Of a stretch of 64,000 nt of DNA, positions 1 through 9,632 are shown in pieces. Both the position numbers and the translations under genes were made by a program. Below the pieces are notes generated by a model. That model worked only from the letters and a program-made list of their open reading frames with translations. It searched no databases and had not been told where the DNA came from. The stretch spans positions 576,001 to 640,000 of the forward strand of contig OZ244744.1 in NCBI GenBank assembly GCA_965219455.1, given 5' to 3'. Source of the DNA: Candidatus Latescibacterota bacterium (GTDB lineage Bacteria; Latescibacterota; UBA2968; GCA-2709665). Positions within the stretch are counted from its first letter, which is position 1, and every line of letters begins with the position of its first letter.

Positions 1-100
1 ATGTACATCGGTTTCGGATCTTTCAATTTGCATCGTTTGGAACTCCAACAATCGTTGTCCCGCGTGACGTCTTCTTGACTATTCTTCGGGAGTTCTTAAA

Positions 101-1237
101 ATGCCTATCGACGATAATCTCCTTGAACAGCTACTTCATGAGGAAGAAGGATCTGCGCTAGATTTTAAGCGCGATCAATACCCTTTTGAAGGACCAGATC
201 GCAACGCAAAGGGTGAATTAATAAAGGACATCCTCGCGTTTGCAAATGCCTGGCGTAGGACCACCGCATTTATACTCATTGGAGTAGATGAAGTAAAGGG
301 TGGACGTAGCAAAATTGTCGGTGTCAATAAACACTTGGACGATGCCAAGTTGCATCAGTTTGTAAATTCAAAGACTCAGCGGCCTGTGGAATTCTCGTAT
401 CAACCGTTTCACACTAAGGATGGAGAAATAGGAGTGATAGAGATTCCAATACAAAAACGTCCTTTCTATCTAAAGAAGCAGTTTGGCAAAGTAACACCCA
501 ACTCAGTTTACAAGAGGGACGGCAGTTCGACTGCGATTGCGACCCCCGACGAAGTTGCAACGATGGGTGCTGAACAACACATTGGCGGAATTCCTCAACT
601 CGCTCTTCACTGGGCGGATATAGATAGACGTGCCATTCTGTCGTCGCCACTCAGCGTAAGTACGCTGATTCTCGATCCTCAACTGCCTGACGATACATTT
701 GAAAATCCGAACGCGCTTGCCTTCGATTTCCGAAACAACCGTAATTTCTATAAAGAAGCAATTCGGTATGCTTTCGATATGTCGTTTATGAGACCCTTCG
801 GACTGCAGCTGTGTAATCAAAGTCCGGTTGTCGCGAGACGCGTGCGGTTTGTTGGATCGATAAACAAAGGAGAAACACGCTCGGTCCTTGATCATAGGAA
901 TCATCCGACGCGTCCATATCGGAATCCCGCTGACCCAAGGAGATTTTCTGTCGTTCCGCTTGCACAGCAGCTCAGGAACACACCAGACCCTTACGTTCAG
1001 GAACTTCCGAACAGATGGGATATTACAATTGACTTTGGGGATGTGCGCCCTCGCGACGAAGTTTGGACGAGCAGTGAACTGCTAATTGGATCAATCGGAG
1101 GGGTAACCACATTGAAGGGCGAGTTACGGGGTGACAACCTACCGGAACCCATTTTGTGCGCGCTCGAAATCAACTTCGAGGTCAAGCGAAGACCGATGGA
1201 GGTGTCGGATGTCGAACCGTGTTTGGATGACCAATAA
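101..1237 (+). CDS. Schlafen/AlbA_2 domain protein with uncharacterised C-terminal domain
   Basis: N-terminal EEGSALDFK...ELIKDILAFANA...ILIGVDE...YKRDGSST pattern typical of AlbA_2. Confidence 0.85.
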   Translation: MPIDDNLLEQLLHEEEGSALDFKRDQYPFEGPDRNAKGELIKDILAFANAWRRTTAFILIGVDEVKGGRSKIVGVNKHLDDAKLHQFVNSKTQRPVEFSYQPFHTKDGEIGVIEIPIQKRPFYLKKQFGKVTPNSVYKRDGSSTAIATPDEVATMGAEQHIGGIPQLALHWADIDRRAILSSPLSVSTLILDPQLPDDTFENPNALAFDFRNNRNFYKEAIRYAFDMSFMRPFGLQLCNQSPVVARRVRFVGSINKGETRSVLDHRNHPTRPYRNPADPRRFSVVPLAQQLRNTPDPYVQELPNRWDITIDFGDVRPRDEVWTSSELLIGSIGGVTTLKGELRGDNLPEPILCALEINFEVKRRPMEVSDVEPCLDDQ

Positions 1238-1432
1238 AACCACGTTGAATAGGTCGTTGCAAGGCGCGAAAGATCGAGCGGTTCGAGGAGAAAACTCAGG
1301 CGGAAATTAAGCGGGTGTGGTGAGCCGGGGAAAACGACTTTTGTGATAACGGATTGAGATGATGAAGGGGCAGGAAACGGTTGAATTTGGGATGACGGGT
1401 ATATTTCGGTGTGAGGCGTTGAAGAGGGACAA

Positions 1433-2419
1433 ATGACGAGAAAGAGAAGATCGCCAGTTAGGACACGATTGCTTCAGAACTCACGCGAGGCGGCCCTGAA
1501 CGCAGTTCAGACTTTTAACAATCCACTCACCACATTCAAGGCCGAGACGTTCATCGTGCTAATGAATATTGCTTGGATGTACCTACTGCATGCCTTCTAC
1601 CGACGCGAGGGAGTTGAATATCGTTATTACACCAAGGGACCGAAGCGACGCAAATTCGACCGGACCAAATCAGGTGCGTTCAAATACTGGCAGCTTGAGC
1701 GCTGCCTCAATGACGACGCCTGTCCGTTGGACAGGCCAACCAAGCTTAACCTTAGATTTCTCATTGGGTTGCGCCATGAAATAGAACATCATCAATCTGC
1801 CGGCGCCGACGAGCGATTCTCTGGACGGTATCTTGCATGCTGCCTCAACTACGAGCGATACATTTGCGAATTGTTCGGCGAGCGGCATTCCCTTGATGCG
1901 GCTGTCGCCATTACGCTCCAGTTCCGCGACCTCACCAACACGTCCGTACCTCAAAAGGCCGAGGTCCCTTTGGCTGCGAACGTCGCTAAGTACATTCAAG
2001 AGTTTGATGCAGGTCTGTCCGACGAAGAGTTAAAATCTCCGCACTTTCGCCGGCGTTTTCTCTTTGTACCGTCGGTAACAGGAAAAAAAGCCCAAGCCGA
2101 TGAGATAATCGAGTTCGTGCCGTTCAATTCCGAACTCGGGAATGCAATCAGAGAAGTGCATCAGCGTGTACTGTTGAAAGAAACCGAGCGCCCAAAACAT
2201 CTGCCTAGCCAGATTGTCGCGTTGATGAAACAAGAAGGGTGCACCGGTTTCAAAATGCACCACCACACGCAGTTATGGAAGAAAATGGACGCGAAAAATT
2301 CCGGAAAGGGCTATGGTGTAATGGTCGCACGCGCTTGGTATTGGTACGACCGATGGGTAGAGGAAGTCCGGAAGCACTGCGTAGAGAATGAGGAGTTGTA
2401 CACTCAGCCAAATGACTAG
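1433..2419 (+). CDS. DUF3644 domain protein (HEPN-like)
   Basis: SREAALNAVQTFNNP..FKAETFIVLMNIAW..LLHA motif; RHEIEH (Rx4H). Confidence 0.75.
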   Translation: MTRKRRSPVRTRLLQNSREAALNAVQTFNNPLTTFKAETFIVLMNIAWMYLLHAFYRREGVEYRYYTKGPKRRKFDRTKSGAFKYWQLERCLNDDACPLDRPTKLNLRFLIGLRHEIEHHQSAGADERFSGRYLACCLNYERYICELFGERHSLDAAVAITLQFRDLTNTSVPQKAEVPLAANVAKYIQEFDAGLSDEELKSPHFRRRFLFVPSVTGKKAQADEIIEFVPFNSELGNAIREVHQRVLLKETERPKHLPSQIVALMKQEGCTGFKMHHHTQLWKKMDAKNSGKGYGVMVARAWYWYDRWVEEVRKHCVENEELYTQPND

Positions 2420-3486
2420 GTTGACGCTGGATAACTGCGAACCGGACTAGAAACCATCCTAGCAATTTTCCGCTTGTAGTCAAAGTACTGCGAGGTATGT
2501 CAAAAGCAGAAAATTCGCCAATGAGACGTCGTATTGATGAACGAGACTATAAAGACGCTTGAAGAATTCATCGCGTGGACGGAGAAATTGGACGGCCGGA
2601 TGCTTCTCTACCGCGGGCTTGCAGACGCGGATTGGAGGGTCGAGTCGTCAGCTTTGCGCAGACTAAGGGTATCGTCGGAAGCCCCCCCACCGATCGCGTT
2701 CCAAAACTACACGAAACAACTTCTGGACAACGCAAGCCTGCAAGGATTTCGATATCAACGTGACCGGGAAATGTCCGACCTGGAACTGCTCGCCGAACTG
2801 CAGCACTATGGCGCAGCAACGTGCCTAATTGACTTTACCGAGAATTCTCTAATTGCTCTCTGGTTTGCGTGTCGCGAAGAATTGAAAAAGGACGCAAAGG
2901 TTGTCGCTATGCCAACGGAAGATCCGGATAAATTTCGCACTGTGACCTATGAACATTCGAAACGACCTATTTTGCAATTCCTCAATAAGGGAAACCTGTG
3001 GCAGTGGACACCCAGCAGCCTGAACAACCGGATCGTAGCGCAACTGTCGGTGTTTGTATTTGGTGAAGGCGCGATACAGGAGAATCTGTACGACGAGATT
3101 GGGATTGAAGCGGAAGCCAAGCCGAGCATAAAGGCTACTTTGGAGAGATCATTTGGTTTGAACGAACAACGTGTTTTCAGCGATCTCTCAGGCTTTGCTC
3201 TCAATAACGCGCATGACAGGCCCTATAACAATTATACGGCAGAGGATTTCTTCTATTGGGGTTTGAATTATCATCAGCAAGGGCAACTCAAAAACGCAAT
3301 AGAATATTACGGGAAGGCAATCGTGCTCGATCCCAGATCCGTCGTATCATACGACAATCGGGGTAGTGCGAAGAGTGCGTTGGGCGACCATAAGGCTGCC
3401 ATATCTGACTTCGATAGGGCAATTGAAATCTATCCGCAATCCGCCGATGCGTTCTACAATCGTGGAAACTCGAAGCGCGCGCTAGG

Positions 3487-5369
3487 CCTTAAACAAGCGT
3501 GACCAGTGAAATTTTTCTAGTCCAAGAGACCGGAAAGGCCTACCGTTGTTGGAGATAGATGGATTGTGCTAGAAATCATCACTCCAACGCAGGAGACCTT
3601 TCCGGTGAAAAGAATATCGGTTGATGACAGCCGCAGGAATCGTGCTCGTCGCAAACGCAAAGTGGCCGCCCGCCACGGTCGAGCGGGGCATTGGCAGGCC
3701 CAGCGCCGGCCCATGTTCAGTCCTGGCAAAGTGCACTACGAGGTAGGCGCCTACACCGACGCGATGAGTTACGGAGGCATCGGCGCCGTGCATCGCCTGG
3801 TCACCAAGCTGGGTCTGCCCAAGCGCATCGACGCGTCACTGTCCTTGTTGAAGGTGCATCTGCCCTATCATGAGTCGGACCACGTACTAAACATCACATA
3901 CAACGTGTTATGCGGCGGCACGCGCCTGGAGGATATCGAGCGTTTGCGAAGTGACGGGGCCTACATGAATGCCCTGGGCGCCAAGTTGATTCCCGATCCG
4001 ACCACGGCGGGTGACTTTTGCCGACGCTTCTCGGAACGGGACATCGTCGAACTGATGGCGTGCATCAACGCGGTGCGATCCTCCTTGTGGGCATCGCGTG
4101 GCCGCAAATTGCTTGGTGACATCACCTATATCGATGTGGACGGCACAAACGTGCCCACGTATGGCAAGCGCAAGAGGGGTATGGACATCTCTTACCAGGG
4201 CATCTGGGGCTACCATCCGCTGGTGATCTCACTTTCCAACACGAAGGAAGTGCTCTTCCTGGTCAACCGACCGGGGAATGTGCCCAGCCACACCGGTGCG
4301 GCACAGTGGATCGACGCGGCCATCGACCTGGTGCAGCCCCACGCCAAGCGCATCTGTGTGCGTGGCGACACCGACTTTTTCTTGACTCGACATCTTGATC
4401 GCTGGGCCAAAAGCGTCGACTTCATCTTCGGGATGGACGCCAACGCGGCGATGCGTTCCCGTGCCGAGGCCCTCGACGAGGCACAATGGCAGCCCCTGCA
4501 ACGCAAACCCCGTTATCACACCGTGACCGACCAGAAGCGGAAGCGCAATCAGCCCCACGAGAAACAGCGCATCGTCCACAAGCGGGCCTACGCCAACCTG
4601 GTGCTGAACCACGAACACGTGGCCGAGTTCAACTACCAACCCACGCGCTGTAAACGTGGGTATCGCGTCGTGGTCCTGCGCAAGAACATCAGCAAAATGA
4701 AGGGCGACCTTGTCCTGTTCGACGAATGCCGTTATTTCTTCTATATCACGACACGCACGGACGTGACCCCCCAAGAGATCGTCGCCTGCGCCAACCAACG
4801 CTGCGATCAGGAGAACGTCATCGAGCAACTCAAAAACGGCGTCAACGCCTTGCGCGTGCCCCTGTATGACCTGGTCAGCAACTGGGCCTATATGGTCATC
4901 GCCGCCCTGGCCTGGAACCTCAAATCCTGGTTTGCCATGATGATGCACAGACACCGTGATCGACAGCAGTACGTCTGCATGGAATTCCGGCGCTTCATCC
5001 ACAGCATTATCTTGATTCCCTGCCACGTCATCCAACGCGCGCGCACCACCACGTTACGGCTCATCGGCTATCAACCCACCCTCGATCGCCTCTTCAGCAC
5101 CTGGCGTATCATTGAACGCACCGGATTTGGATAACACCAATGCAGCACCACCGATGACACACAAACGCGGCGCCATCCCCACACCCCTCAACGGACCGGT
5201 GTGTCCACCACGCGTCTCAACGCCACTTCGGATACTCAATTTACCATAGCGACCACGACAAACACGGCCCTAAAAACCATCCAAAACGCCAATTCCATAT
5301 AAATCGACACCAACGCCTCAACACAAACACAAATCACTGTGGCGCACACGATACTCGCTTATTTTAGGG
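3487..5369 (+). mobile_element. IS1380-family insertion sequence
   Basis: Imperfect terminal IRs (CCTTAAACAAGCG / CGCTTATTTTAGGG), target duplication CTAGG at 3482-3486 and 5370-5374; the left boundary is ambiguous by 1 bp. Confidence 0.9.
3566..5134 (+). CDS. IS1380-family DDE transposase
   Basis: IDVDGT, RGDTDF and ENVIEQLK catalytic motifs; GYHPL motif. Confidence 0.9.
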   Translation: MLEIITPTQETFPVKRISVDDSRRNRARRKRKVAARHGRAGHWQAQRRPMFSPGKVHYEVGAYTDAMSYGGIGAVHRLVTKLGLPKRIDASLSLLKVHLPYHESDHVLNITYNVLCGGTRLEDIERLRSDGAYMNALGAKLIPDPTTAGDFCRRFSERDIVELMACINAVRSSLWASRGRKLLGDITYIDVDGTNVPTYGKRKRGMDISYQGIWGYHPLVISLSNTKEVLFLVNRPGNVPSHTGAAQWIDAAIDLVQPHAKRICVRGDTDFFLTRHLDRWAKSVDFIFGMDANAAMRSRAEALDEAQWQPLQRKPRYHTVTDQKRKRNQPHEKQRIVHKRAYANLVLNHEHVAEFNYQPTRCKRGYRVVVLRKNISKMKGDLVLFDECRYFFYITTRTDVTPQEIVACANQRCDQENVIEQLKNGVNALRVPLYDLVSNWAYMVIAALAWNLKSWFAMMMHRHRDRQQYVCMEFRRFIHSIILIPCHVIQRARTTTLRLIGYQPTLDRLFSTWRIIERTGFG

Positions 5370-6074
5370 CTAGGTCAACATAAGGGCGCAATCGCCGACT
5401 ACGATAGGGCCATCGAAATCAATCCCAAATTCGCCGATGCATATGTTAACCGAGGGAGTGTAAAGGGCCAAATGGGCGATCATAACGGGGCCATTGCAGA
5501 CTGCGACAAAGCGCTCAAAATCTATCCCCAATCGGATGTGGCATTCGATAATCGAGGTAGTGCCAAGCTCGAATTGGGCAACTATCAAGGGGCCATTGCA
5601 GACTACGACAAATCGCTTGAAATCAACCCTCTATCCCCAGCGACTTACTACAACCGTGGGAATGTCAAGCGCACAATAGGTGATTATCAGGGGGCAATTT
5701 TGGACTACGACAAATCGCTTGAAATCGAATCGAGATCCGTCGCCACATACAACAACCGCGCAATTGCAAAAAAAGCCATTGCCGACCTGGCCGGTGCGGA
5801 AGCGGATATCGAAAGGGCGAGGCAAATCAGTGGGAATCGCCAACCACCAAAGCCGTGATGCATTTTCGGCGAATCATTCGGTCCTAGCCGAGATGAAGCG
5901 AAGCCTTCCGAAAAGGAAATCAGCCTCCCATTCGGCAGCGCAAAAAGGACGGAATTCGCGCGATTTATATCTGAAAATGGGACTCACGAGCAATTTCGGC
6001 ATTTTGGCGACCTTTAGCGGGTCGTAAGTGAGTGAGTCACATTGGAACGGATCCAAAACAAGACGTGAGAATCC

Positions 6075-6986
6075 ATGGATTGCGTGTTAACGAACATAAA
6101 TCTGCTTGATGCCGACCAAAGGACGAAGTTCCGAGGTCGAGCACATAGAATTATGGCGGCCCGAAAGTGGTGTCACCGCTCCTACCACGAACATCCCGTC
6201 CAACAAGATTTGTTCGCGGAAGCGGAGGCCATCGCCGCGTGGAATATCGTCACGTGCTGTTATTCTGGCATCGAGCAGGCAATGAAATGCCTTTTGAAGA
6301 TGCAAGGTACATTTATCGACAAGCATCCACGTGAGGGTGGTCATCGCCATCATGATATAGGGAAGCTCTTTAAGGTTCTTGCCTATGAAGAGCAGGAAAT
6401 TCTCCGTGTTTCGTACGTCACATATCGTTCGCTCCATAATTACATTCCCCCGGAGACCGTCGATTGCTTTCTGGATGGTATTGATGAAGGTTACCAAGCG
6501 TGGCGATATTTCCTCCTTGATGGTCGACAACCAGAGGAATGGCCGAAGACCCATCCCGGCGCTATGCTCGAAATCTGGTCTGCACTGTCGGATATCATCT
6601 GTGCGAGGGTTTTCCGAAATCACGGACTTCATACGGTGAAACGCCGGATCGAGTTTTATCTTGAAAAAAAGACCAAGCATGATGTGTGGATTAAACACAT
6701 AAATACTGGAATTGGCAAATGTGAGATAAAGGATATGAACCGTTGGTTCCATAGCCACGATAACATAAAGATCAACGCTTTTGCTGATCTCTTTTATTGC
6801 CATGGCAATAATAAGCTTGATCGCGTAAATGTGCTGGCTTCCACCATGCAGGTTTTACGTTCGATGGTTGACATTGTACAGCAACGAAAAAACGACAATG
6901 ATTTTACCTATTTTCTGCACCGAGCCCAAACCAGCAGGATTGTTTGGAATCCAAACGACAATTGCTTCGAGACAGCCTCGCGGTAG
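6075..6986 (+). CDS. Hypothetical protein, possible HEPN-like N-terminal domain
   Basis: IEQAMKCLL...GHRHHDIGKLF...WRY resembles the HEPN ELxLK..GHDL..LF pattern. Confidence 0.5.
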   Translation: MDCVLTNINLLDADQRTKFRGRAHRIMAARKWCHRSYHEHPVQQDLFAEAEAIAAWNIVTCCYSGIEQAMKCLLKMQGTFIDKHPREGGHRHHDIGKLFKVLAYEEQEILRVSYVTYRSLHNYIPPETVDCFLDGIDEGYQAWRYFLLDGRQPEEWPKTHPGAMLEIWSALSDIICARVFRNHGLHTVKRRIEFYLEKKTKHDVWIKHINTGIGKCEIKDMNRWFHSHDNIKINAFADLFYCHGNNKLDRVNVLASTMQVLRSMVDIVQQRKNDNDFTYFLHRAQTSRIVWNPNDNCFETASR

Positions 6987-7282
6987 ATCCACATTATGAT
7001 CCAGTGTACGTAGGTATAAATGTGTCCCATTATTGAAGGGGTCCATCTACAAAGTCTTAGCCTTGAAATGCGCAAAGAGGCCTTGCCATCTAGCCAATTC
7101 ACGGAGATGCTCATCAAAATCCGTTACGATATTAGGTTAAACGTCGAAGTTGAGAAAAGATGCAAAGTTTGGAAGAATACGCGAACAATGCAGATTTGAA
7201 TGAACAGCAATTCTGCACCCACGCCTACTGCTTGCATTAACGAAAGCATATGCTCTGTCTGCTGCAATCATCGAGGTGAAAC

Positions 7283-8941
7283 GTGAGAACCAAATATCTT
7301 AAAAAATTTCCACCGCCGCTACTTGATGATCTTGTTTGCGGTCGTTGGCTACCGATCGTGGGCGCCGGAATGTCGAAAAATGCCGTTCTGGCCGCTGGGA
7401 ACACCATGCCGCTTTGGCAAGAGCTTGGCGAGAAACTTGCTGAAGAAATACAAGGTTTTGAATATGAATCGCCAATAGATGCAATTTCTGCTTTTGATCA
7501 TGAGTTTCGCCGACCAAAACTGATCGAGAAACTGACCGAATTGCTTCACATTTACGACGCTAAGCCTGGTGACGCGCATCGCACGTTTTGCGATGTTCCA
7601 TTCGATATCGTCTGCACGACCAATTTTGATTTTTTCCTCGAAAGACAATATGAACTTACTCCACGGCCTTGTACTTCGCTTGTTGAGGAAGATCAGCTTT
7701 CCGTAAATCTACAAGGTTCGAGTATCGCTCTGTTAAAGTTACACGGGGACCTAAACCACCCAAATCGCTTGGTTGTCACTGAGGAAGATTACGATGCATT
7801 CCTTGAACGCTACCCCGTACTCGCAACATATCTGGCAAATCTTTTAATCACTCGAACTCCTGTCCTAATCGGTTACAGTATGAGCGACCCGGATTTTAGG
7901 CAGTTGTGGCAAATCGTTGAAGAAAGACTTGGTAAGGCACGACGGCTGGCATACGCGTTATGCGTTGGCGTCTCGTCGACTGAAGTAGCGCGATTTCATC
8001 GTCGAGGTGTAAAGGTAATCAACTTGTCGAAAAATAGAAAAAGATCAGGGCAAGTTCTCTCGGAAACCTTTGACGAGTTGAATAAGTATTGGCAGGAGAA
8101 AAATCCTATCGGAAGTCAGTTGAAAGAAGAAGAATCTCCAGAGCAGTTTACTCTTCAGAAAAAAGCTGTGACTAGGCTTTGCTTTTTTGCCATCCCCCTT
8201 TCAGCGCGTCCTTTTTATCTCGCGAATGTGTTCCCGCTGGTTGAAGAGGTAGGACTCGCACCAATAACGGCAGATCCCAACACCTCTCCTGGTGGGAATA
8301 TCTTTGCGACGATCGATGCTTTGGTTAGCCGAGCATCACTTATCGTAGTTGACACTTCAAGTGAGTATGCCGTGGCCGAGGCCCGGAGGACAATTGCACG
8401 CGAAAAACCCGTTAAAGTACTGGTAGTTGCCCAAGAAGGCACCTCTACGCCATTCGATATGACTGGTATGGAGATTCTCTACAGACCAGACTTAACCTCA
8501 CGTGACGTGGGCAAATTTCTCGACGAATTCTTAGTGCGACTTACGGCAACTCTTGAAGAAATACAGCCGAAGCTAGCCGACGAGAGGCATCGCTCGCTGC
8601 AATCTGAAGAAATACAGCCGAAGCTAGCCGGAGAAAGGCATCGCTTACTAAAATCCAACGAGTACAGAGCTGCGGTCATTTCCGCAATTACACATCTAGA
8701 GACGGTGTTGAGGAGACGGCTTGACGTGGCAGAAACTACAGATAGAGGGTTTGTATCCGTGACCAATATGATCAACATCGCAAAACGGCGCGAATTACTT
8801 GGTAAGTTTGCCGTCGACCAGGTGTTGCGATGGCTAGAGATGCGCAATCAAGTGGTGCATAGCGATATCTCAGTAAGCCCGACTATGGCTAAAAGGATTG
8901 TACACGGAGTCGACGAAATAACCAGAGAACTACTCCCATAG
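7283..8941 (+). CDS. SIR2-like domain protein with central NDT/TIR-like domain and C-terminal HEPN-like domain
   Basis: VGAGMS, TTNFD, LKLHG, IGYSMSDPD SIR2_2 motifs; CFFAIP...LIVVDTS central domain; RNQVVH Rx4H. Confidence 0.8.
   Translation: MRTKYLKKFPPPLLDDLVCGRWLPIVGAGMSKNAVLAAGNTMPLWQELGEKLAEEIQGFEYESPIDAISAFDHEFRRPKLIEKLTELLHIYDAKPGDAHRTFCDVPFDIVCTTNFDFFLERQYELTPRPCTSLVEEDQLSVNLQGSSIALLKLHGDLNHPNRLVVTEEDYDAFLERYPVLATYLANLLITRTPVLIGYSMSDPDFRQLWQIVEERLGKARRLAYALCVGVSSTEVARFHRRGVKVINLSKNRKRSGQVLSETFDELNKYWQEKNPIGSQLKEEESPEQFTLQKKAVTRLCFFAIPLSARPFYLANVFPLVEEVGLAPITADPNTSPGGNIFATIDALVSRASLIVVDTSSEYAVAEARRTIAREKPVKVLVVAQEGTSTPFDMTGMEILYRPDLTSRDVGKFLDEFLVRLTATLEEIQPKLADERHRSLQSEEIQPKLAGERHRLLKSNEYRAAVISAITHLETVLRRRLDVAETTDRGFVSVTNMINIAKRRELLGKFAVDQVLRWLEMRNQVVHSDISVSPTMAKRIVHGVDEITRELLP
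8554..8655 (+). repeat. In-frame 51-bp tandem duplication inside the SIR2 gene
   Basis: EEIQPKLADERHRSLQS / EEIQPKLAGERHRLLKS. Confidence 0.9.
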
Positions 8942-9032
8942 AATCGTGAAACGAAGGTTTTTCCGTTTTTATACCTTGCGTCCTGTTCCTCCTTGTTTAA
9001 CGGTTTTGGTTTTGACCCGTTCTTGCGGTTTT

Positions 9033-9058
9033 ATCCTGTTCATCCTGTCCATCCATGT
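9033..9058 (+). repeat. ATCCTGT/ATCCATGT repeat, copy A
   Basis: ATCCTGTTC ATCCTGTCC ATCCATGT. Confidence 0.85.
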
Positions 9059-9122
9059 AGGTCGATTTGGGTTTACGAAGTTGTCGAATCCATATGAATC
9101 CATGTTGGGAAGGAGGTCCGTG

Positions 9123-9407
9123 ATGCCATTTATCGATGTCGTCCCGCCGGAGAGGGCCACCGGCCTGTTGAAGAAGCTGTACGATGCGGCCATCAGGCGA
9201 ACCGGACGGATCTGGGGAATTGTCTCTATCCTGAGCCCGAATCCGCCGGCGATGAAGGCTTCGCTGGATTTCTACGGCACGTTGATGCACGGCCCCTCCC
9301 CCCTCAGCCGCGCGCGGCGGGAGATGCTCGCCGTCGTGGTCTCGGACGCGAACCACTGCGTGTACTGAATAGGCGCGCACGCCCACGACTGTCACGGATC
9401 GCCTTAA
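9123..9407 (+). pseudogene. Truncated duplicate of the AhpD-like selenoprotein gene (5' part only)
   Basis: Highly similar to 12107-12373, including NHCVY-TGA-I.AHAHD; similarity stops at 9389. Confidence 0.8.
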
Positions 9408-9632
9408 TCAGGCCAGCCGTGATCGCCATAATGGAGCCACTTGGAAGTGGCAATCTTGGTGTCTGTGGCATGGATTTCGGTGAGCGGTAGCTTTCGCCTT
9501 CAAGGATGACGCGATAAGCGCCGTGTTTGAGGCGGTCGAGCGTGGCGGCACTGAGTAGTCGATTTGGGGAGGCGTGCCCCTATTCGGGGAAATCGAGGTT
9601 TGAGGTGCCGATGGTGGCGGCACCATTACCGG

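Larger units (their letters stand above)
2537..5858 (+). pseudogene. FRG domain-TPR repeat protein interrupted by IS1380
   Basis: YRG and QHYGAATCLIDFT FRG motifs; removing 3487-5374 rejoins the TPR in frame (SKRALG|QHKGAIADYDRAIEINP) through to the stop at 5858. Confidence 0.9.

Noticed and set aside
1238-7282. Integron attC sites between the co-oriented accessory genes
   Set aside because: No convincing RYYYAAC...GTTRRRY palindromes found by eye and no integrase in the window; IntegronFinder would settle it.
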